Shown: positions 1 through 9,720 of the stretch, piece by piece
How the letters are laid out: each line of letters opens with the position of its first letter
Position numbering within the stretch: position 1 is the first letter of the stretch
Assembly (NCBI GenBank): GCA_039917955.1
Contig: JBDSIN010000083.1
Location: forward strand, 1 to 45,135
DNA length: 45,135 nt
Reading direction: 5' to 3'
Source of the DNA: Candidatus Limnocylindria bacterium
GTDB taxonomy: Bacteria; Chloroflexota; Limnocylindria; QHBO01
Position numbers and translations under genes: made by a program
The notes under the pieces: generated by a model
Told to the model about the DNA's origin: nothing
What the model saw: the letters and a program-made list of their open reading frames with translations, nothing else
Databases searched by the model: none

Positions 1-295
1 ACGACTGGCGCTGGGGCGCCAGGTCCATGTCATAACCGCTCAGGTCCACCGTCACGGCGAACGAGTCGACCGTCACCGGTGCCGGAGCATCGGCCGCGAT
101 GCGGTAGCGAATGTCGACGGTGTTGAGCTGTTGCGTCATGAGGTATGAGCCCTCGGGCTGGCCGAGGGTCACAATCGGTGCACCGGGGAAGGTCTGCTCC
201 GAGAACGACCCGGAGAAGACGAGCCCGGCGTACAGGATGGTCGCCAACAGCAGCGCGCCGAGCTTGAGTGGCCAGTTGCGCACGAGCCAGCTCAT
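1..295 (-). CDS. cdaR: CdaR/YbbR-domain regulator of diadenylate cyclase, N-terminal fragment running off the left edge
   Basis: ATG at 295..293 directly abuts the cdaA TAG stop (298..296). Own translation: MSWLVRNWPLKLGALLLATILYAGLVFSGSFSEQTFPGAPIVTLGQPEGSYLMTQQLNTVDIRYR..., i.e. an N-terminal TM helix then a YbbR-like beta-rich start. The position downstream of cdaA is canonical. Confidence 0.6.
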   Translation of the reverse strand, partial: MSWLVRNWPLKLGALLLATILYAGLVFSGSFSEQTFPGAPIVTLGQPEGSYLMTQQLNTVDIRYRIAADAPAPVTVDSFAVTVDLSGYDMDLAPQRQS

Positions 296-1288
296 CTACG
301 GAGCCTTCCGGTCCGGGGAGCCGGAGCCAGCCGCCGCGGGCTCGCCGCTGGCGGCCACCGGGTCACCCGGGGTGGCGGTGACCACCCGCTCGTCGGGGTC
401 GATCGGTTGGGTGTCCTCTTGGGTGGGCACGCCCCAGCGGCCCTCCAGGGTGCGCCGCAGCAACGGCGCCTGGCGGCGCGGCTGCTGGGGGCGGATCAGG
501 TTCAGGATGCGCCGGCGCAGCTGCTCCTCGGTCAGGTTGCGCTCGATCCGCCCACGCAGCACGAGCGACACCGATCCGGTCTCTTCGCTGACGACCACGA
601 TGATCGCGTCTGACTGCTCGCTGATCCCGATGGCCGCGCGATGCCGCGTGCCGTAGCGTTCGGAGTCGAGCACGTTCTGCGAGAGCGGGAGGACGACGCC
701 GGCCGCCAGGATCTTCTCGCCGGTGACGATCACCGCGCCGTCGTGGAGTGCGGTCCCGGTGTAGAAGAGCGTGGCGAGCAGCTCCGCGCGGAGGTCCGCG
801 TGCAGCAGGACCGCCGATTCGGCCAGGTCGGCCAGGCCGGTCTCTCGTTCGAGGACGATCAGGGCGCCGTGCCGCGATCCTGCGATCAGACGCGCCGCCC
901 GGCTGATCTCGCGTGCCACTCGTTCAGCGGACGAGACATCGGCGCTGACGAAGAATCGATTGAACGACCCGAATCGTCCGATCTGCTCGAGCCCTCGCCG
1001 CAGTTCGGGTTGGAACACGACCACGATCGCGAACAGACCAACCACCGCCCCGGTCTGCAGCAGGGTCGACAGGAGCCGCAAGTCGGCAGCCTCGGCCAGC
1101 AGGTAGACCAGGTAGACCATGGTCAGGCCGATGACGATGCGCAGCGCCCGCGTTCCGCGGATCAGGATGAACATCCAGTAGATGAGGATCGCCACCAGCG
1201 CAATGTCGATGAGCGCCGTCCAACTGCCGAGCAGAAAGGTCCCGATGAAGTCCGTAATGGCGTCTAGCAAGGCACCCGATGATACCAA
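296..1288 (-). CDS. cdaA: Diadenylate cyclase CdaA (c-di-AMP synthase), three N-terminal TM helices plus DAC domain and a ~70-aa Pro/Arg-rich C-terminal tail
   Basis: 330-aa ORF with ...FQPELRRGLEQIGR..., ...ALHDGAVIV..., ...GTRHRAAIGISEQSDAIIVVVSEETGSVSL..., typical DisA_N/DAC motifs. The start is a TTG (1288..1286) and is uncertain. Confidence 0.85.
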   Translation of the reverse strand: MVSSGALLDAITDFIGTFLLGSWTALIDIALVAILIYWMFILIRGTRALRIVIGLTMVYLVYLLAEAADLRLLSTLLQTGAVVGLFAIVVVFQPELRRGLEQIGRFGSFNRFFVSADVSSAERVAREISRAARLIAGSRHGALIVLERETGLADLAESAVLLHADLRAELLATLFYTGTALHDGAVIVTGEKILAAGVVLPLSQNVLDSERYGTRHRAAIGISEQSDAIIVVVSEETGSVSLVLRGRIERNLTEEQLRRRILNLIRPQQPRRQAPLLRRTLEGRWGVPTQEDTQPIDPDERVVTATPGDPVAASGEPAAAGSGSPDRKAP

Positions 1289-1289
1289 A

Positions 1290-1317
1290 GGGACCCTGGC
1301 GAACTTGCCGGGGCCCC
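1290..1317 (-). terminator. GC-rich hairpin between rpsI and cdaA (terminator-like or start-site-occluding structure)
   Basis: Minus strand GGGGCCCCGG-caaguucg-CCAGGGUCCC (10-bp stem, one mismatch, one G-U) followed by UUUGGUAUCAUC. The proposed cdaA TTG start lies in the U-rich tail. Confidence 0.3.
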
Positions 1318-1351
1318 TCTGCTCTGTATCAGGCCGCTTGCTGGCTGCGTG

Positions 1352-1744
1352 CTAGCGCTTGGTGTACTGCGGCGCCTTGCGTGCCCGCTTGAGACCGTAC
1401 TTCTTGCGCTCCTTGGCCCTCGGGTCGCGAGTCAGCATGCCTGCCGCGCGGAGTGCGCGGCGCGAATCGGGGTGTGCGCTGACAAGGGCACGGGCGATGC
1501 CGTGGCGGATGGCGCCGGCCTGGCCCGAGAACCCGCCCCCGGCCACCAGCACGCTGGCGGAGTAGCGGCCCTCCGTCTCGGTCACCCGGAAGGGAAGCCG
1601 CAGCTGCGCCAGCCCGGCGGTCCCGCCGAAATAGTCCGCAGCGTCCTTGCCGTTCACCACGATGCTGCCATCGCCGGGAAGGAGGCGGACGCGGGCGGTG
1701 GCTTCCTTCCGCCGCCCGGTGCCGTAGACGTAGTTCGTGCTCAC
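1352..1744 (-). CDS. rpsI: 30S ribosomal protein S9
   Basis: 130 aa, [19 protein letters not shown]...[17 protein letters not shown] start. Follows rplM. Confidence 0.96.
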   Translation of the reverse strand: MSTNYVYGTGRRKEATARVRLLPGDGSIVVNGKDAADYFGGTAGLAQLRLPFRVTETEGRYSASVLVAGGGFSGQAGAIRHGIARALVSAHPDSRRALRAAGMLTRDPRAKERKKYGLKRARKAPQYTKR

Positions 1745-1760
1745 GTGTTGCCTATCCTCG

Positions 1761-2189
1761 TTACAGCTCGGCAGCGGTCGGCTGCTGGGCCTGGTGTGGG
1801 TGGTCCGCTCCTGCGTAGACCTTCAGCTTCTTGAACATCGCCCGACCGAGCCGATTCTGCGGGAGCATCCCCTTGACGGCTCGCTCGATGATCAGTTCGG
1901 GCTTCCGCTCGAGCAGCGTTGCGAGGCTCTCCTGCTTCAGGCCCCCCGGGTAGTTCGAGTGTCGGTAGTACTGCTTCTGGGTCAACTTGTTGCCGGTCAC
2001 CTTGATCTTTGCCGCGTTCAGGACCACCACGTGGTCGCCGGTGTCGAGGTGCGGCGAGTAAATGACCTTGTGCTTTCCTTCGAGCAGCGTGGCGATGCGG
2101 GTAGCCAGCCGCCCAAGCGTCTGGCCGCTCGCGTCGACCAGCCACCACTGCCGCTCGATCTCGCTCGCCTTGACTGCGTACGTCTTCAC
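1761..2189 (-). CDS. rplM: 50S ribosomal protein L13
   Basis: 142 aa, [33 protein letters not shown]...; GTGA overlap with the truA stop. Confidence 0.96.
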   Translation of the reverse strand: MKTYAVKASEIERQWWLVDASGQTLGRLATRIATLLEGKHKVIYSPHLDTGDHVVVLNAAKIKVTGNKLTQKQYYRHSNYPGGLKQESLATLLERKPELIIERAVKGMLPQNRLGRAMFKKLKVYAGADHPHQAQQPTAAEL

Positions 2190-3010
2190 ACTCTCGTCCT
2201 CTCGACCTGTTCCGCGCGGCCCCCGCTACCGGTGGCCGAACCCGTATTCGAATAGATGACCCGCTCGAGGGTTAGCCCGCAGGCCGGTGCCGCCCGCCCA
2301 TCGAGGGCACGCTTCCCGGCGTCGAGCATCCCGACAACCTCGCCCGGTGTCAACCTTCCGCGCCCCGCCTCGAGGAGGAGGGCCGCGATGCTGCGCACCA
2401 TGCGCCGCAGGAAGGCGTTCGCCGTGACCCGGATCTCCACGCTGGTCCCGCTACGGACGATCGACACCTTCGTGAGATGTCTCACCGTCCGTCCTCGGAC
2501 GTCGCTCCCGAGCGCCGCAAAGTCGCGTTCGCCGAGGAGCTCCGCTGCCGCGGCCCGCATGGCCGCCACGTTGAGCCGGTCGCCGATCTCGAGCGTCCGA
2601 TGCCGGTCCGTCGGCCGCTTGTCGCCCGCCATCCTGACGCGGTAGCAGTAGACCCGGCGACGAGCGTCGCGCCGCGGGTCGAATCCCGCGGGTGCGGCGC
2701 GGAGCGACCGCACCGCCAGGTCCGGCGGCAGCATGGCATTCAGCCTTCGCCGCAACTCCGGCCAACTGACCCCTTCACCGCGACGGCGGCGAGCGATACA
2801 GAAAGCCACGACCTGGCCGGTAGCGTGCACTCCGGCATCGGTTCGCCCGGCGAAGCGGACTCGTACCCGCTCGCCGGTCAGTCTGTTAAGCGCCTCCTCC
2901 AGTTCCCCTTGCACCGTCCGAGCGTTCGGCTGGAGCTGGGAGCCGGCGAAGTCGGTTCCGTCGTAGGCAATCACCGCCCGGGCGCATCGCTGCGACACGG
3001 GCGAGATCAT
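2186..3010 (-). CDS. truA: tRNA pseudouridine(38-40) synthase TruA
   Basis: 274 aa with [11 protein letters not shown] and the catalytic GRTDAGVHA motif. Classic position between rplQ and rplM. Confidence 0.9.
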   Translation of the reverse strand: MISPVSQRCARAVIAYDGTDFAGSQLQPNARTVQGELEEALNRLTGERVRVRFAGRTDAGVHATGQVVAFCIARRRRGEGVSWPELRRRLNAMLPPDLAVRSLRAAPAGFDPRRDARRRVYCYRVRMAGDKRPTDRHRTLEIGDRLNVAAMRAAAAELLGERDFAALGSDVRGRTVRHLTKVSIVRSGTSVEIRVTANAFLRRMVRSIAALLLEAGRGRLTPGEVVGMLDAGKRALDGRAAPACGLTLERVIYSNTGSATGSGGRAEQVERTRV

Positions 3011-3033
3011 TGCGACCTGGTTCTGCGAGCCGG

Positions 3034-3387
3034 TCAGACCAGCTCGATCTGGACGATCGGCGCGGCGTCACCGAGACGCTGCCCGATCTTCACAATCCGC
3101 GTATACCCGGACGCTCTGTCCGCGTACTTTGCTGCAAGCTCACCCATCAGCTTGTCGACGATGAGGGGCTCGTGCGGCATCGATGCAATGAGGGACCGCC
3201 GTGCCGACAGATCCCCGCGCTTGGCCAGCGTGATCATTCGATCCACGATGCCGCGCACTTCCTTGGCCTTCGCCTCGGTGGTCTTCAACTTCTCGTAGCG
3301 CAGGACCGCCACCGCCAGGTTGTCCAGCATGTGGTAACGGTGAGCGCTCCCCCGACCGAGCTTGCGACCGGCCAACCGATGCGGCAT
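3034..3387 (-). CDS. rplQ: 50S ribosomal protein L17
   Basis: 117 aa, MPHRLAGRKLGRGSAHRYHMLDNLAVAVLRYEKLKTTEAKAKE... Confidence 0.96.
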   Translation of the reverse strand: MPHRLAGRKLGRGSAHRYHMLDNLAVAVLRYEKLKTTEAKAKEVRGIVDRMITLAKRGDLSARRSLIASMPHEPLIVDKLMGELAAKYADRASGYTRIVKIGQRLGDAAPIVQIELV

Positions 3388-3390
3388 GGA

Positions 3391-4407
3391 TCAGCCTTCC
3401 CGGTCGAGCTCGGCGGCTGCCGCCTCGTCCAGCTCGGCAGCGGCGGGGAGATCCGACTCGTCCGCACTCGAGGCGCTGGCCTCCGGCGGGGCAAACCCGC
3501 GGAGCGCGAGGCGCTCCTTCATCTCGTCGAGGCTCTTCTTGCCGAAATTCCGCATCCTGAGCAGCTCGTCATCACCGAGGGCCAGCAACTGACCGATCTT
3601 GGTGATGTTGTTGCGCTTCAGGCTGTTGTAGGCGCGCATCGGCAGGTCGAGCTCCTCGATCGGAGCCTCCAGCAGGTTCGCACTGACCTGCGGGATCGCC
3701 TCATCGGCCGTGACAGAGCGGCGACCGATCTCGGTGAAGCGGCCGAACTCGCGCACCAGGATGTCAGCGGCCTCGGAGAGGGCGGCCTGGGCGGTGGTCG
3801 TGCCGTCGGTCTCGATCTCGAGGGTCAGGCGGTCGAAGTTGGTCATCTGCCCGACACGCGTATCGCTGACGACGAAGTTCACGCGACGCACCGGCGTGAA
3901 GATCGCGTCAACCGGGATGATTCCGATGGGCAGGTCCTCGGCGTGCTCGGCGGGGCGGTATCCGACCCCGGTCTCCACGGTGAGGTCCATCTCGATCGAA
4001 CCGGCGTCGGAATCGAGCGTCAACAGCACCAGCGCTGGGTTGACGATCTCCACATCGGCGGTCTCGGCGATATCGGCCGCGGTCACCTGGCCGGCGCCAT
4101 GCTTGACCAGCTTGAGCGTAACAGCGTGGTGGGCGAACGACCGCAGACGCAGCTTCTTGATGTTGAGGACGATCTGGGTGAGGTCCTCCTTGACGTTGTC
4201 GATGGTGCTGAACTCGTGAAACACCTTGTGCACCTGGATGGCGGTCACGGCGGCCCCCTCCAGCGAGTTCAGCAGGACGCGTCGCAGCGCATTCCCAAGG
4301 GTCACCCCATACCCGTCGGCCAGGGGGTTGACCTCGAAGACGGAGAGGTTGCCGCGCGACTCGATCTCCTCGATGCGGGTGGTCGGCGTGGATTCAAGTT
4401 CGATCAT
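3391..4407 (-). CDS. rpoA: DNA-directed RNA polymerase alpha subunit
   Basis: 338 aa. N-terminal domain (GNALRRVLL...), C-terminal domain (IEELDLPMRAYNSLKRNNITKIGQL) and an acidic/Ala tail. Confidence 0.97.
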   Translation of the reverse strand: MIELESTPTTRIEEIESRGNLSVFEVNPLADGYGVTLGNALRRVLLNSLEGAAVTAIQVHKVFHEFSTIDNVKEDLTQIVLNIKKLRLRSFAHHAVTLKLVKHGAGQVTAADIAETADVEIVNPALVLLTLDSDAGSIEMDLTVETGVGYRPAEHAEDLPIGIIPVDAIFTPVRRVNFVVSDTRVGQMTNFDRLTLEIETDGTTTAQAALSEAADILVREFGRFTEIGRRSVTADEAIPQVSANLLEAPIEELDLPMRAYNSLKRNNITKIGQLLALGDDELLRMRNFGKKSLDEMKERLALRGFAPPEASASSADESDLPAAAELDEAAAAELDREG

Positions 4408-4425
4408 GAACGGGTAAGACTCCTG

Positions 4426-5052
4426 CTAGCGCGAGTAGTACTCGACGACGAGCTGCTCGTTGAATTCGAGCGGCATCTGCTCGCGGAGTGGCTCGGCGAG
4501 TACCGAACCGGAAAGCTTTGACGGATCGACGCTCACCCACGCGGGGATCTGCGCCGCCTTCATCGTCTCGACGGCAACCTGGAAGATCAGCCGACCGCGG
4601 CGGCTCTCCCGGACCTCGATCCGATCGCCAACCTTGGCGTTGAAACTCGGGATGTTGGTGGGCCGGCCATTCACGCTGAAGTGGCCGTGGGTCACGAGTT
4701 GGCGCGCCTCGGCCCGCGAGCGGGCAAAGCCCATCCGGAAGACGACGTTGTCGAGGCGCATCTCGAGGAGCCGCAGCAGGTTCTCGCCGGTCATTCCGGT
4801 GCGCTGGTCGGCCTTCTCGAAGTAATTGCGGAACTGCTTCTCCAGGACGGAGTAGCTGCGACGCACCTTCTGCTTCTCGCGCAGCTGGATGCCGTATTCG
4901 CTGACCTTGCGGCGGCGCTGCGTGTTCATCCCAGGCGGAGTGCTGCGGCGCTCAAAGGCGCACTTCTTGCTGAAGCACCTGCTCCCCTTGAGGAAGAGCT
5001 TGAGTCCCTCGCGCCGACAGATGCGGCAGACCGGATCGGTATAGCGTGCCAT
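4426..5052 (-). CDS. rpsD: 30S ribosomal protein S4 (Cys4 zinc-finger form)
   Basis: 208 aa, [36 protein letters not shown]... plus an S4 RNA-binding domain. Confidence 0.96.
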   Translation of the reverse strand: MARYTDPVCRICRREGLKLFLKGSRCFSKKCAFERRSTPPGMNTQRRRKVSEYGIQLREKQKVRRSYSVLEKQFRNYFEKADQRTGMTGENLLRLLEMRLDNVVFRMGFARSRAEARQLVTHGHFSVNGRPTNIPSFNAKVGDRIEVRESRRGRLIFQVAVETMKAAQIPAWVSVDPSKLSGSVLAEPLREQMPLEFNEQLVVEYYSR

Positions 5053-5059
5053 CCCTGCC

Positions 5060-5455
5060 TCAGACCCTGCGCCGCTTGGGCGGCCGGCAGCCGTTGTGAG
5101 GGATGGGCGTGACGTCAGTGATGGCCGTCACCTCGAGGCCCGCGGTCTGGAGCGAGCGGATCGCCTGCTCGCGGCCCGCGCCGGGCCCCTTGACGAACAC
5201 CTCGACCTGTCGCATTCCGTGCTCCATCGCGCGGCGGGCGGCGCCTTCCGCCGTCTGCGACGCCGCGTACGGCGTGCTCTTGCGGGAGCCCTTGATCCCG
5301 ACCAGCCCGGAACTTCCCCAACTCACGGTGTTCCCGGTCGTATCGGTGATGGTCACGATCGTGTTGTTGAAGGTCGATTGGATATGCACGTGCCCGACCG
5401 GCACGTTCTTCTTCTCTCGCTTCTTGGTGCGCGCCGCGCGCTTCCGCTCAGCCAT
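5060..5455 (-). CDS. rpsK: 30S ribosomal protein S11
   Basis: 131 aa, ...[22 protein letters not shown]...[13 protein letters not shown]. Confidence 0.96.
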   Translation of the reverse strand: MAERKRAARTKKREKKNVPVGHVHIQSTFNNTIVTITDTTGNTVSWGSSGLVGIKGSRKSTPYAASQTAEGAARRAMEHGMRQVEVFVKGPGAGREQAIRSLQTAGLEVTAITDVTPIPHNGCRPPKRRRV

Positions 5456-5491
5456 GAATCTCCTGTGGCAATCCGGGACGGATGCTGATGA

Positions 5492-5863
5492 CTACTTCTT
5501 GCGCCGCACGCCGACCGTCTTGCGCGGTCCACGCCGCTGTCGGGCGTTCGTCTTGGTGCGTTGCCCGCGGACGGGCAGATTGCGACGATGACGAAGGCCC
5601 CGATAGGAGCCGATCTCCATCATTCGCTTGATATTCATGCTCACTTCGCGACGGAGATCGCCCTCAACCTTGAAGCGTCGGTCGATCACCTCGCGAATGC
5701 GATTGACTTCTTCCTCGGTGAGATCCTTCACCCGCGTCGCTTCCCCCACGTTCGCGGCGACCATGACCTGGCGCGCCGAGGTGGGGCCGATGCCGTGGAT
5801 GTAGGTCAGCGAGATGACCGTCCGCTTGTCTCGCGGAATGTCGACGCCGGCGATACGTGCCAT
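5492..5863 (-). CDS. rpsM: 30S ribosomal protein S13
   Basis: 123 aa, [26 protein letters not shown]... Confidence 0.96.
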   Translation of the reverse strand: MARIAGVDIPRDKRTVISLTYIHGIGPTSARQVMVAANVGEATRVKDLTEEEVNRIREVIDRRFKVEGDLRREVSMNIKRMMEIGSYRGLRHRRNLPVRGQRTKTNARQRRGPRKTVGVRRKK

Positions 5864-5870
5864 GGCTCGC

Positions 5871-5984
5871 CTATCCCTGCCGCTGCTTGTGCTTGGGGAC
5901 GACGCAGATGACCATCACCACGCCGGAGCGCTTGATCACCTTGCATCGCTCACATCGCGGCTTAACCGAGGCAGAAACCTTCAT
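5871..5984 (-). CDS. rpmJ: 50S ribosomal protein L36 (zinc-binding form); absent from the supplied ORF track
   Basis: Own translation of the minus strand: [37 protein letters not shown], then TAG. The ATG overlaps the infA TGA (ATGA). Confidence 0.93.
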   Translation of the reverse strand: MKVSASVKPRCERCKVIKRSGVVMVICVVPKHKQRQG

Positions 5985-6199
5985 CTCATCCTGTACGTGA
6001 TGCGACCCCTGGTGAGGTCATAGGGGGACAGCTCGACGCGGACCGTGTCGCCTGGCGTGATGCGAATGAAGTTCTGGCGCAGCTTCCCGGAGATATGCGC
6101 GAGAACCTCGTGCCCATCCTCGAGTCGGACCCTGAACATCGCGTTCGGAAGTGGAAGGACTACCTCTCCTTCGACCTCGATCGCATCTTTCTTCACCAA
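5981..6199 (-). CDS. infA: Translation initiation factor IF-1
   Basis: 72 aa, ...[68 protein letters not shown]. Start is TTG 6199 or GTG 6196. Confidence 0.95.
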   Translation of the reverse strand: MVKKDAIEVEGEVVLPLPNAMFRVRLEDGHEVLAHISGKLRQNFIRITPGDTVRVELSPYDLTRGRITYRMR

Positions 6200-6285
6200 G
6201 CGCTACGCACCTTCGATCTGATGATTGATTGCGGGGTGTTGCACACACGGAAAGGCCGCCGCAACCGGCGACCCACGGACAGTGG

Positions 6286-6315
6286 AGTATACACGAACCC
6301 TGCGGCGGCAGACAA
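6286..6315 (-). promoter_or_regulatory. Putative sigma-A-type internal promoter upstream of infA
   Basis: Minus strand TTGTCT-N18-TATACT (-35 at 6315..6310, -10 at 6291..6286) in the 139-nt map-infA gap. Same -10 hexamer and spacing as the rpsL and tRNA-Tyr promoters. Confidence 0.4.
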
Positions 6316-6338
6316 CGGGTTTGAGATACCGATACGCC

Positions 6339-7121
6339 TCATCTCGAGGTCAGGACCTGTGGCCCGCTGTCGGCGATGGCGACGGTGTTCTCGAAGTGCG
6401 CCGATAGACTCCGATCAGCGGTCGCGACGGTCCAATCGTCGTCCAGGAGGTAGACGGCGTCCCCGCCGAGGTTGAACATCGGCTCGATGGCGAAGCACAT
6501 GCCCGGCTCGATTCGCATGCCAGTGCCTCCCCGCCCGTAGTTCGGTACGTTCGGCGCTTCGTGCATGGCGCGACCGATGCCGTGGCCGACCAGCGGCCGC
6601 ACGATTCCGAGACCGTGTTCGTGCGCCACCGCCTCGATGGCCGCCCCTACGTCTCCCAGCCGATTCCCCGGGACCGCGGCGGCGATCCCTGCCTCCATCC
6701 CTCGGCGCGTCGCGTCGATCAACTCCTGGGTACGACGCGGCACCCGGCCGACCGCCCACGTCCGCGCGCAGTCCGCGTGCCACCCCTGCCAGATGCAGCC
6801 GACGTCGAGGCCCACGATGTCTCCCTCGCTGAGGAGCCGCCTCGGTGATGGGATGCCGTGCACCACCTCGTCATTGATCGACGCGCAGATCGATGCGGGG
6901 AAGGGAGGGTTGGTCCCGTACCCCTTGAACGAAGGGACCGCTCCGGCGTCGGTGATGATCTCCTCCGCGATGCGGTCCAGGTCGCCGGTCGTGATGCCAG
7001 GTCGGAGTTCTCGCTCAAACGCGTCGAGCACGTCGATCAGGACCGCACCGGCGCGGCGCATGCTGGCGATCTCTTCGGGGCGCTTGATGGTGACCATGCC
7101 GCCGCGAGCCGGGATCGCCAT
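6339..7121 (-). CDS. map: Methionine aminopeptidase type I
   Basis: 260 aa, ...IKRPEEIASMRRAG..., metal ligands in GLDVG...HGIGRAMHE...FAIEPM. Confidence 0.93.
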   Translation of the reverse strand: MAIPARGGMVTIKRPEEIASMRRAGAVLIDVLDAFERELRPGITTGDLDRIAEEIITDAGAVPSFKGYGTNPPFPASICASINDEVVHGIPSPRRLLSEGDIVGLDVGCIWQGWHADCARTWAVGRVPRRTQELIDATRRGMEAGIAAAVPGNRLGDVGAAIEAVAHEHGLGIVRPLVGHGIGRAMHEAPNVPNYGRGGTGMRIEPGMCFAIEPMFNLGGDAVYLLDDDWTVATADRSLSAHFENTVAIADSGPQVLTSR

Positions 7122-7124
7122 CGC

Positions 7125-7826
7125 TCAGCGGTCTGCCGCGTCGGTCAGCTCGTCCAGGATGGCGCGCGTCACCGTGGGGATCGGCAGTGTCCCGTCGACG
7201 CGATGCACGATCCCCGCCCGGTCGTAGTGCTCCAGCACCTCGAGCATCGGCGCCACCTGCTTGGCGAGACGTGCCCGCACCACCTCCGGTCGGTCATCGT
7301 CGCGCTGCACCAGTGACGTCCCGTCCCGATCGCAGAGCCCCGGGATATTTGGAGCCTCCCCGGCGAGGTGATACGGCGTGCCGCACGTGGGGCAGACCCT
7401 TCGACCCGCCACGCGCGCCACGAGCTCCTCGATCGGCACCTCGATGGAGATGACCCGTTCGATGCGCTGGCCGCGTCCCGCCAGCGTGGCATCGAGCGCC
7501 TGGGCCTGGGTGACCGTCCGGGGAAAGCCATCGAGGATTGCGCCGTTTGAAGCGGCGGGCGCCGCCAACTTCTCCATGAACATCCCGATCGTGATGTCAT
7601 CGGGCACGAGATCACCGCGTTCCATGTAGGCACGTGCTCGCTCGCCGAGCTCACTTCCGTCGCGCAGCGCCTGGCGGAAGAGGTTGCCCGACGCGAGATG
7701 GACGAGGCCGAGTTCCGCGCTCATCGCGGCCGCCTGGGTGCCCTTGCCAGCGCCAACCGGGCCGACCAGGAGGAGGATCCGTCGCCCGTTCTGCGACGCC
7801 GTCGGGCCGCGGCCCGCTCCGGTCAC
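7125..7826 (-). CDS. adk: Adenylate kinase (Cys3-Asp zinc lid, ~15-aa N-terminal extension)
   Basis: 233 aa, P-loop GPVGAGKGTQ, lid CPTCGTPYH...CDRDG. GTG start in a GTGA overlap with the secY stop. Confidence 0.93.
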   Translation of the reverse strand: MTGAGRGPTASQNGRRILLLVGPVGAGKGTQAAAMSAELGLVHLASGNLFRQALRDGSELGERARAYMERGDLVPDDITIGMFMEKLAAPAASNGAILDGFPRTVTQAQALDATLAGRGQRIERVISIEVPIEELVARVAGRRVCPTCGTPYHLAGEAPNIPGLCDRDGTSLVQRDDDRPEVVRARLAKQVAPMLEVLEHYDRAGIVHRVDGTLPIPTVTRAILDELTDAADR

Positions 7827-9106
7827 CGGATGAAGCCCTCGTAATGGCGCATCAACATCTGCGCCTCGAGCTGTTTCATCGTCTCGACCACCACGCTGAC
7901 CACGATCAGGATGCTCGTTCCACCGAGCTGGAGGCCGCTCGTCCCGGGGATGGCCGTCGAAACGAGCAGGGGCAGTACGGCGAGGGACGCCAGGAAGAGG
8001 GCGCCGCCGAGCGTGATCCGGTTGGTCACCCGCCCCAGGAACTCTTCGGTCGGTTTACCCGGACGGATTCCCGGAATGAAGCCGCCGTTCTTGCGCAGGT
8101 AATCCGCGGTCTGATCGGGCCGGAACTGGAACGCGGTGTAGAAGTAGGTGAAGAAGACGACCAGGATGAAGTACAGCACGCCATAGACCAGCGGATTGCT
8201 TGAGCTCAGATTGGCGACGACGAACTCGGCGGCCGAGCGGACCCAATCGATCGACGAGGCGGTGAAGTACTGGGCGATCTGTGCCGGGAAGAGCAGGATG
8301 CTGATGGCGAAGATGATCGGAATCACGCCGGCCATGGTCACCTTCAGCGGCAGGTACTGGGTCTGGCCCTGGTACATGCGCCGTCCGCGGACGCGGCTCG
8401 CGTACTGCACCGGGATCCGACGCTGGCCTTCGTTGATGAAGACGACCCCGGCGATGACGACGATCGCGATGATGATGAACGGGATGATCTTGATCAGCCC
8501 GTCGGGGCCCGAGACGACGGGCTCCGCGCTGTGCGGCAACCGGCCCACGATGCCCGCAAAGATGATGAAGCTGATGCCATTCCCGAGACCGCGCTCGCTG
8601 ATCAGCTCGCCGAGCCACATGAGCAGGATTGTGCCCGCGGTGAACGACACGAGCAGCGTCAGGGTCTCGAAGCTGAAGAGCGGTGACGGGGCGATGACGT
8701 TGTTGGCCTGGAGCAGGACCGAGAAGCCGTAGCCCTGGGCGAAGGCCATCGGCACCGTCAGCAGGCGGGTGTACTGGTTCAGGCGGTTGCGGCCGTACTC
8801 GCCCTCGCGCGCGAGCTCGCCGAGGCTCGGGATGACTCCCTGCATCAACTGCATGATGATGCTGGCGTTGATGTACGGGTTGACGCCCATGCCGATGATC
8901 GACGCGGTCGCCAGACCGCCGCCCGAGAAGAGGTCCAGCAGACCGAGCAGCTGGTTCGAGTTGAACAGGTTCGCCAGCTGCGTCTGGTCCACGCCCGCGA
9001 CCGGCACGTTGGTCAACGCCCGGAATACGAGCAGGATTCCCAGCGTGAAGAGGATCTTGCGCCGGATGTCCGGTGCGCGGAAGGCGGTGACCAGAGACTC
9101 GATCAA
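7823..9106 (-). CDS. secY: Preprotein translocase subunit SecY
   Basis: 427 aa, 10-TM profile, ...FRALTNVPVAGVD...GGFIPGIRPGKPTEEFL... Confidence 0.96.
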   Translation of the reverse strand: MIESLVTAFRAPDIRRKILFTLGILLVFRALTNVPVAGVDQTQLANLFNSNQLLGLLDLFSGGGLATASIIGMGVNPYINASIIMQLMQGVIPSLGELAREGEYGRNRLNQYTRLLTVPMAFAQGYGFSVLLQANNVIAPSPLFSFETLTLLVSFTAGTILLMWLGELISERGLGNGISFIIFAGIVGRLPHSAEPVVSGPDGLIKIIPFIIIAIVVIAGVVFINEGQRRIPVQYASRVRGRRMYQGQTQYLPLKVTMAGVIPIIFAISILLFPAQIAQYFTASSIDWVRSAAEFVVANLSSSNPLVYGVLYFILVVFFTYFYTAFQFRPDQTADYLRKNGGFIPGIRPGKPTEEFLGRVTNRITLGGALFLASLAVLPLLVSTAIPGTSGLQLGGTSILIVVSVVVETMKQLEAQMLMRHYEGFIR

Positions 9107-9108
9107 GG

Positions 9109-9720
9109 CTAGGACTCGCTCTCGCTCTGGTCGTCGGCGGCGGGGGGTACGTCGGTCTCGTCCATCGCCTCTTGCGCGACGGCAGCGACCTCCTCGGAGA
9201 GCTGCTCAGTCGCGGGCTCCTCGATCGTCATCTCGGGTGTGCGCTCGACGGGAGCCCCATCGGGCCAGCTGATCAGCTGCGCAACGCTGCCGACCGACTC
9301 GAGCTTTTCGACCGCCGATTGCGTGAAGGCATGAGCGTGAATCGTGACGCCACGAGGCGCGTCGCCGCCGCCCAGGATCTTGACCGGCTGGGGACGCGTC
9401 TTCTGGTCGCGCAGGAGGCCGTCGTGGCGAAGTACCTCTGGCGTGATCAGGGTGCCGGGAGCGACATCGCTCAGCCGAGCCAGGTTGATGGCTGCGTACT
9501 CAACGCGGAATCGATTCTTGAAGCCGTGGAGCTTCGGCGTTCGGATGTGGATCGGCGTCTGGCCGCCCTCGAACCAGGCCGGAATGCCCCCACCGGCACG
9601 CGACTTCTGGCCCTTCGTCCCGCGGCCGGCGGTCTTGCCGCGGCCGGACCCGTGGCCGCGCCCAAGGCGCCGCGACGGCGTGTGCGACCCCTTGTTCGGG
9701 CGTGGATCGTGCAGTTTCAT
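9109..9720 (-). CDS. rplO: 50S ribosomal protein L15 with ~53-aa acidic C-terminal extension
   Basis: 203 aa. The N-terminal 150 aa are canonical L15 (GRGHGSGRGKTAGRGTKGQKSR...). The tail is rich in E/D/A/P with high GC3. Confidence 0.93.
   Translation of the reverse strand: MKLHDPRPNKGSHTPSRRLGRGHGSGRGKTAGRGTKGQKSRAGGGIPAWFEGGQTPIHIRTPKLHGFKNRFRVEYAAINLARLSDVAPGTLITPEVLRHDGLLRDQKTRPQPVKILGGGDAPRGVTIHAHAFTQSAVEKLESVGSVAQLISWPDGAPVERTPEMTIEEPATEQLSEEVAAVAQEAMDETDVPPAADDQSESES

Noticed and set aside
3010-4521. Long plus-strand ORFs in the supplied track: 503 aa here, plus 14229..15770, 19501..21177, 25587..27635, 29245..31095, 32408..34210, 38964..40643 and many shorter ones.
   Set aside because: All lie antisense to unmistakable conserved genes (rpoA, rpsC/rplV, fusA, rpoC, rpoB, rplJ/rplA, ispDF/yacL). 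Their translations are Arg/Gly/Asp/His-rich low-complexity sequence with no recognisable motifs. Stop-free antisense frames are expected in high-GC DNA.
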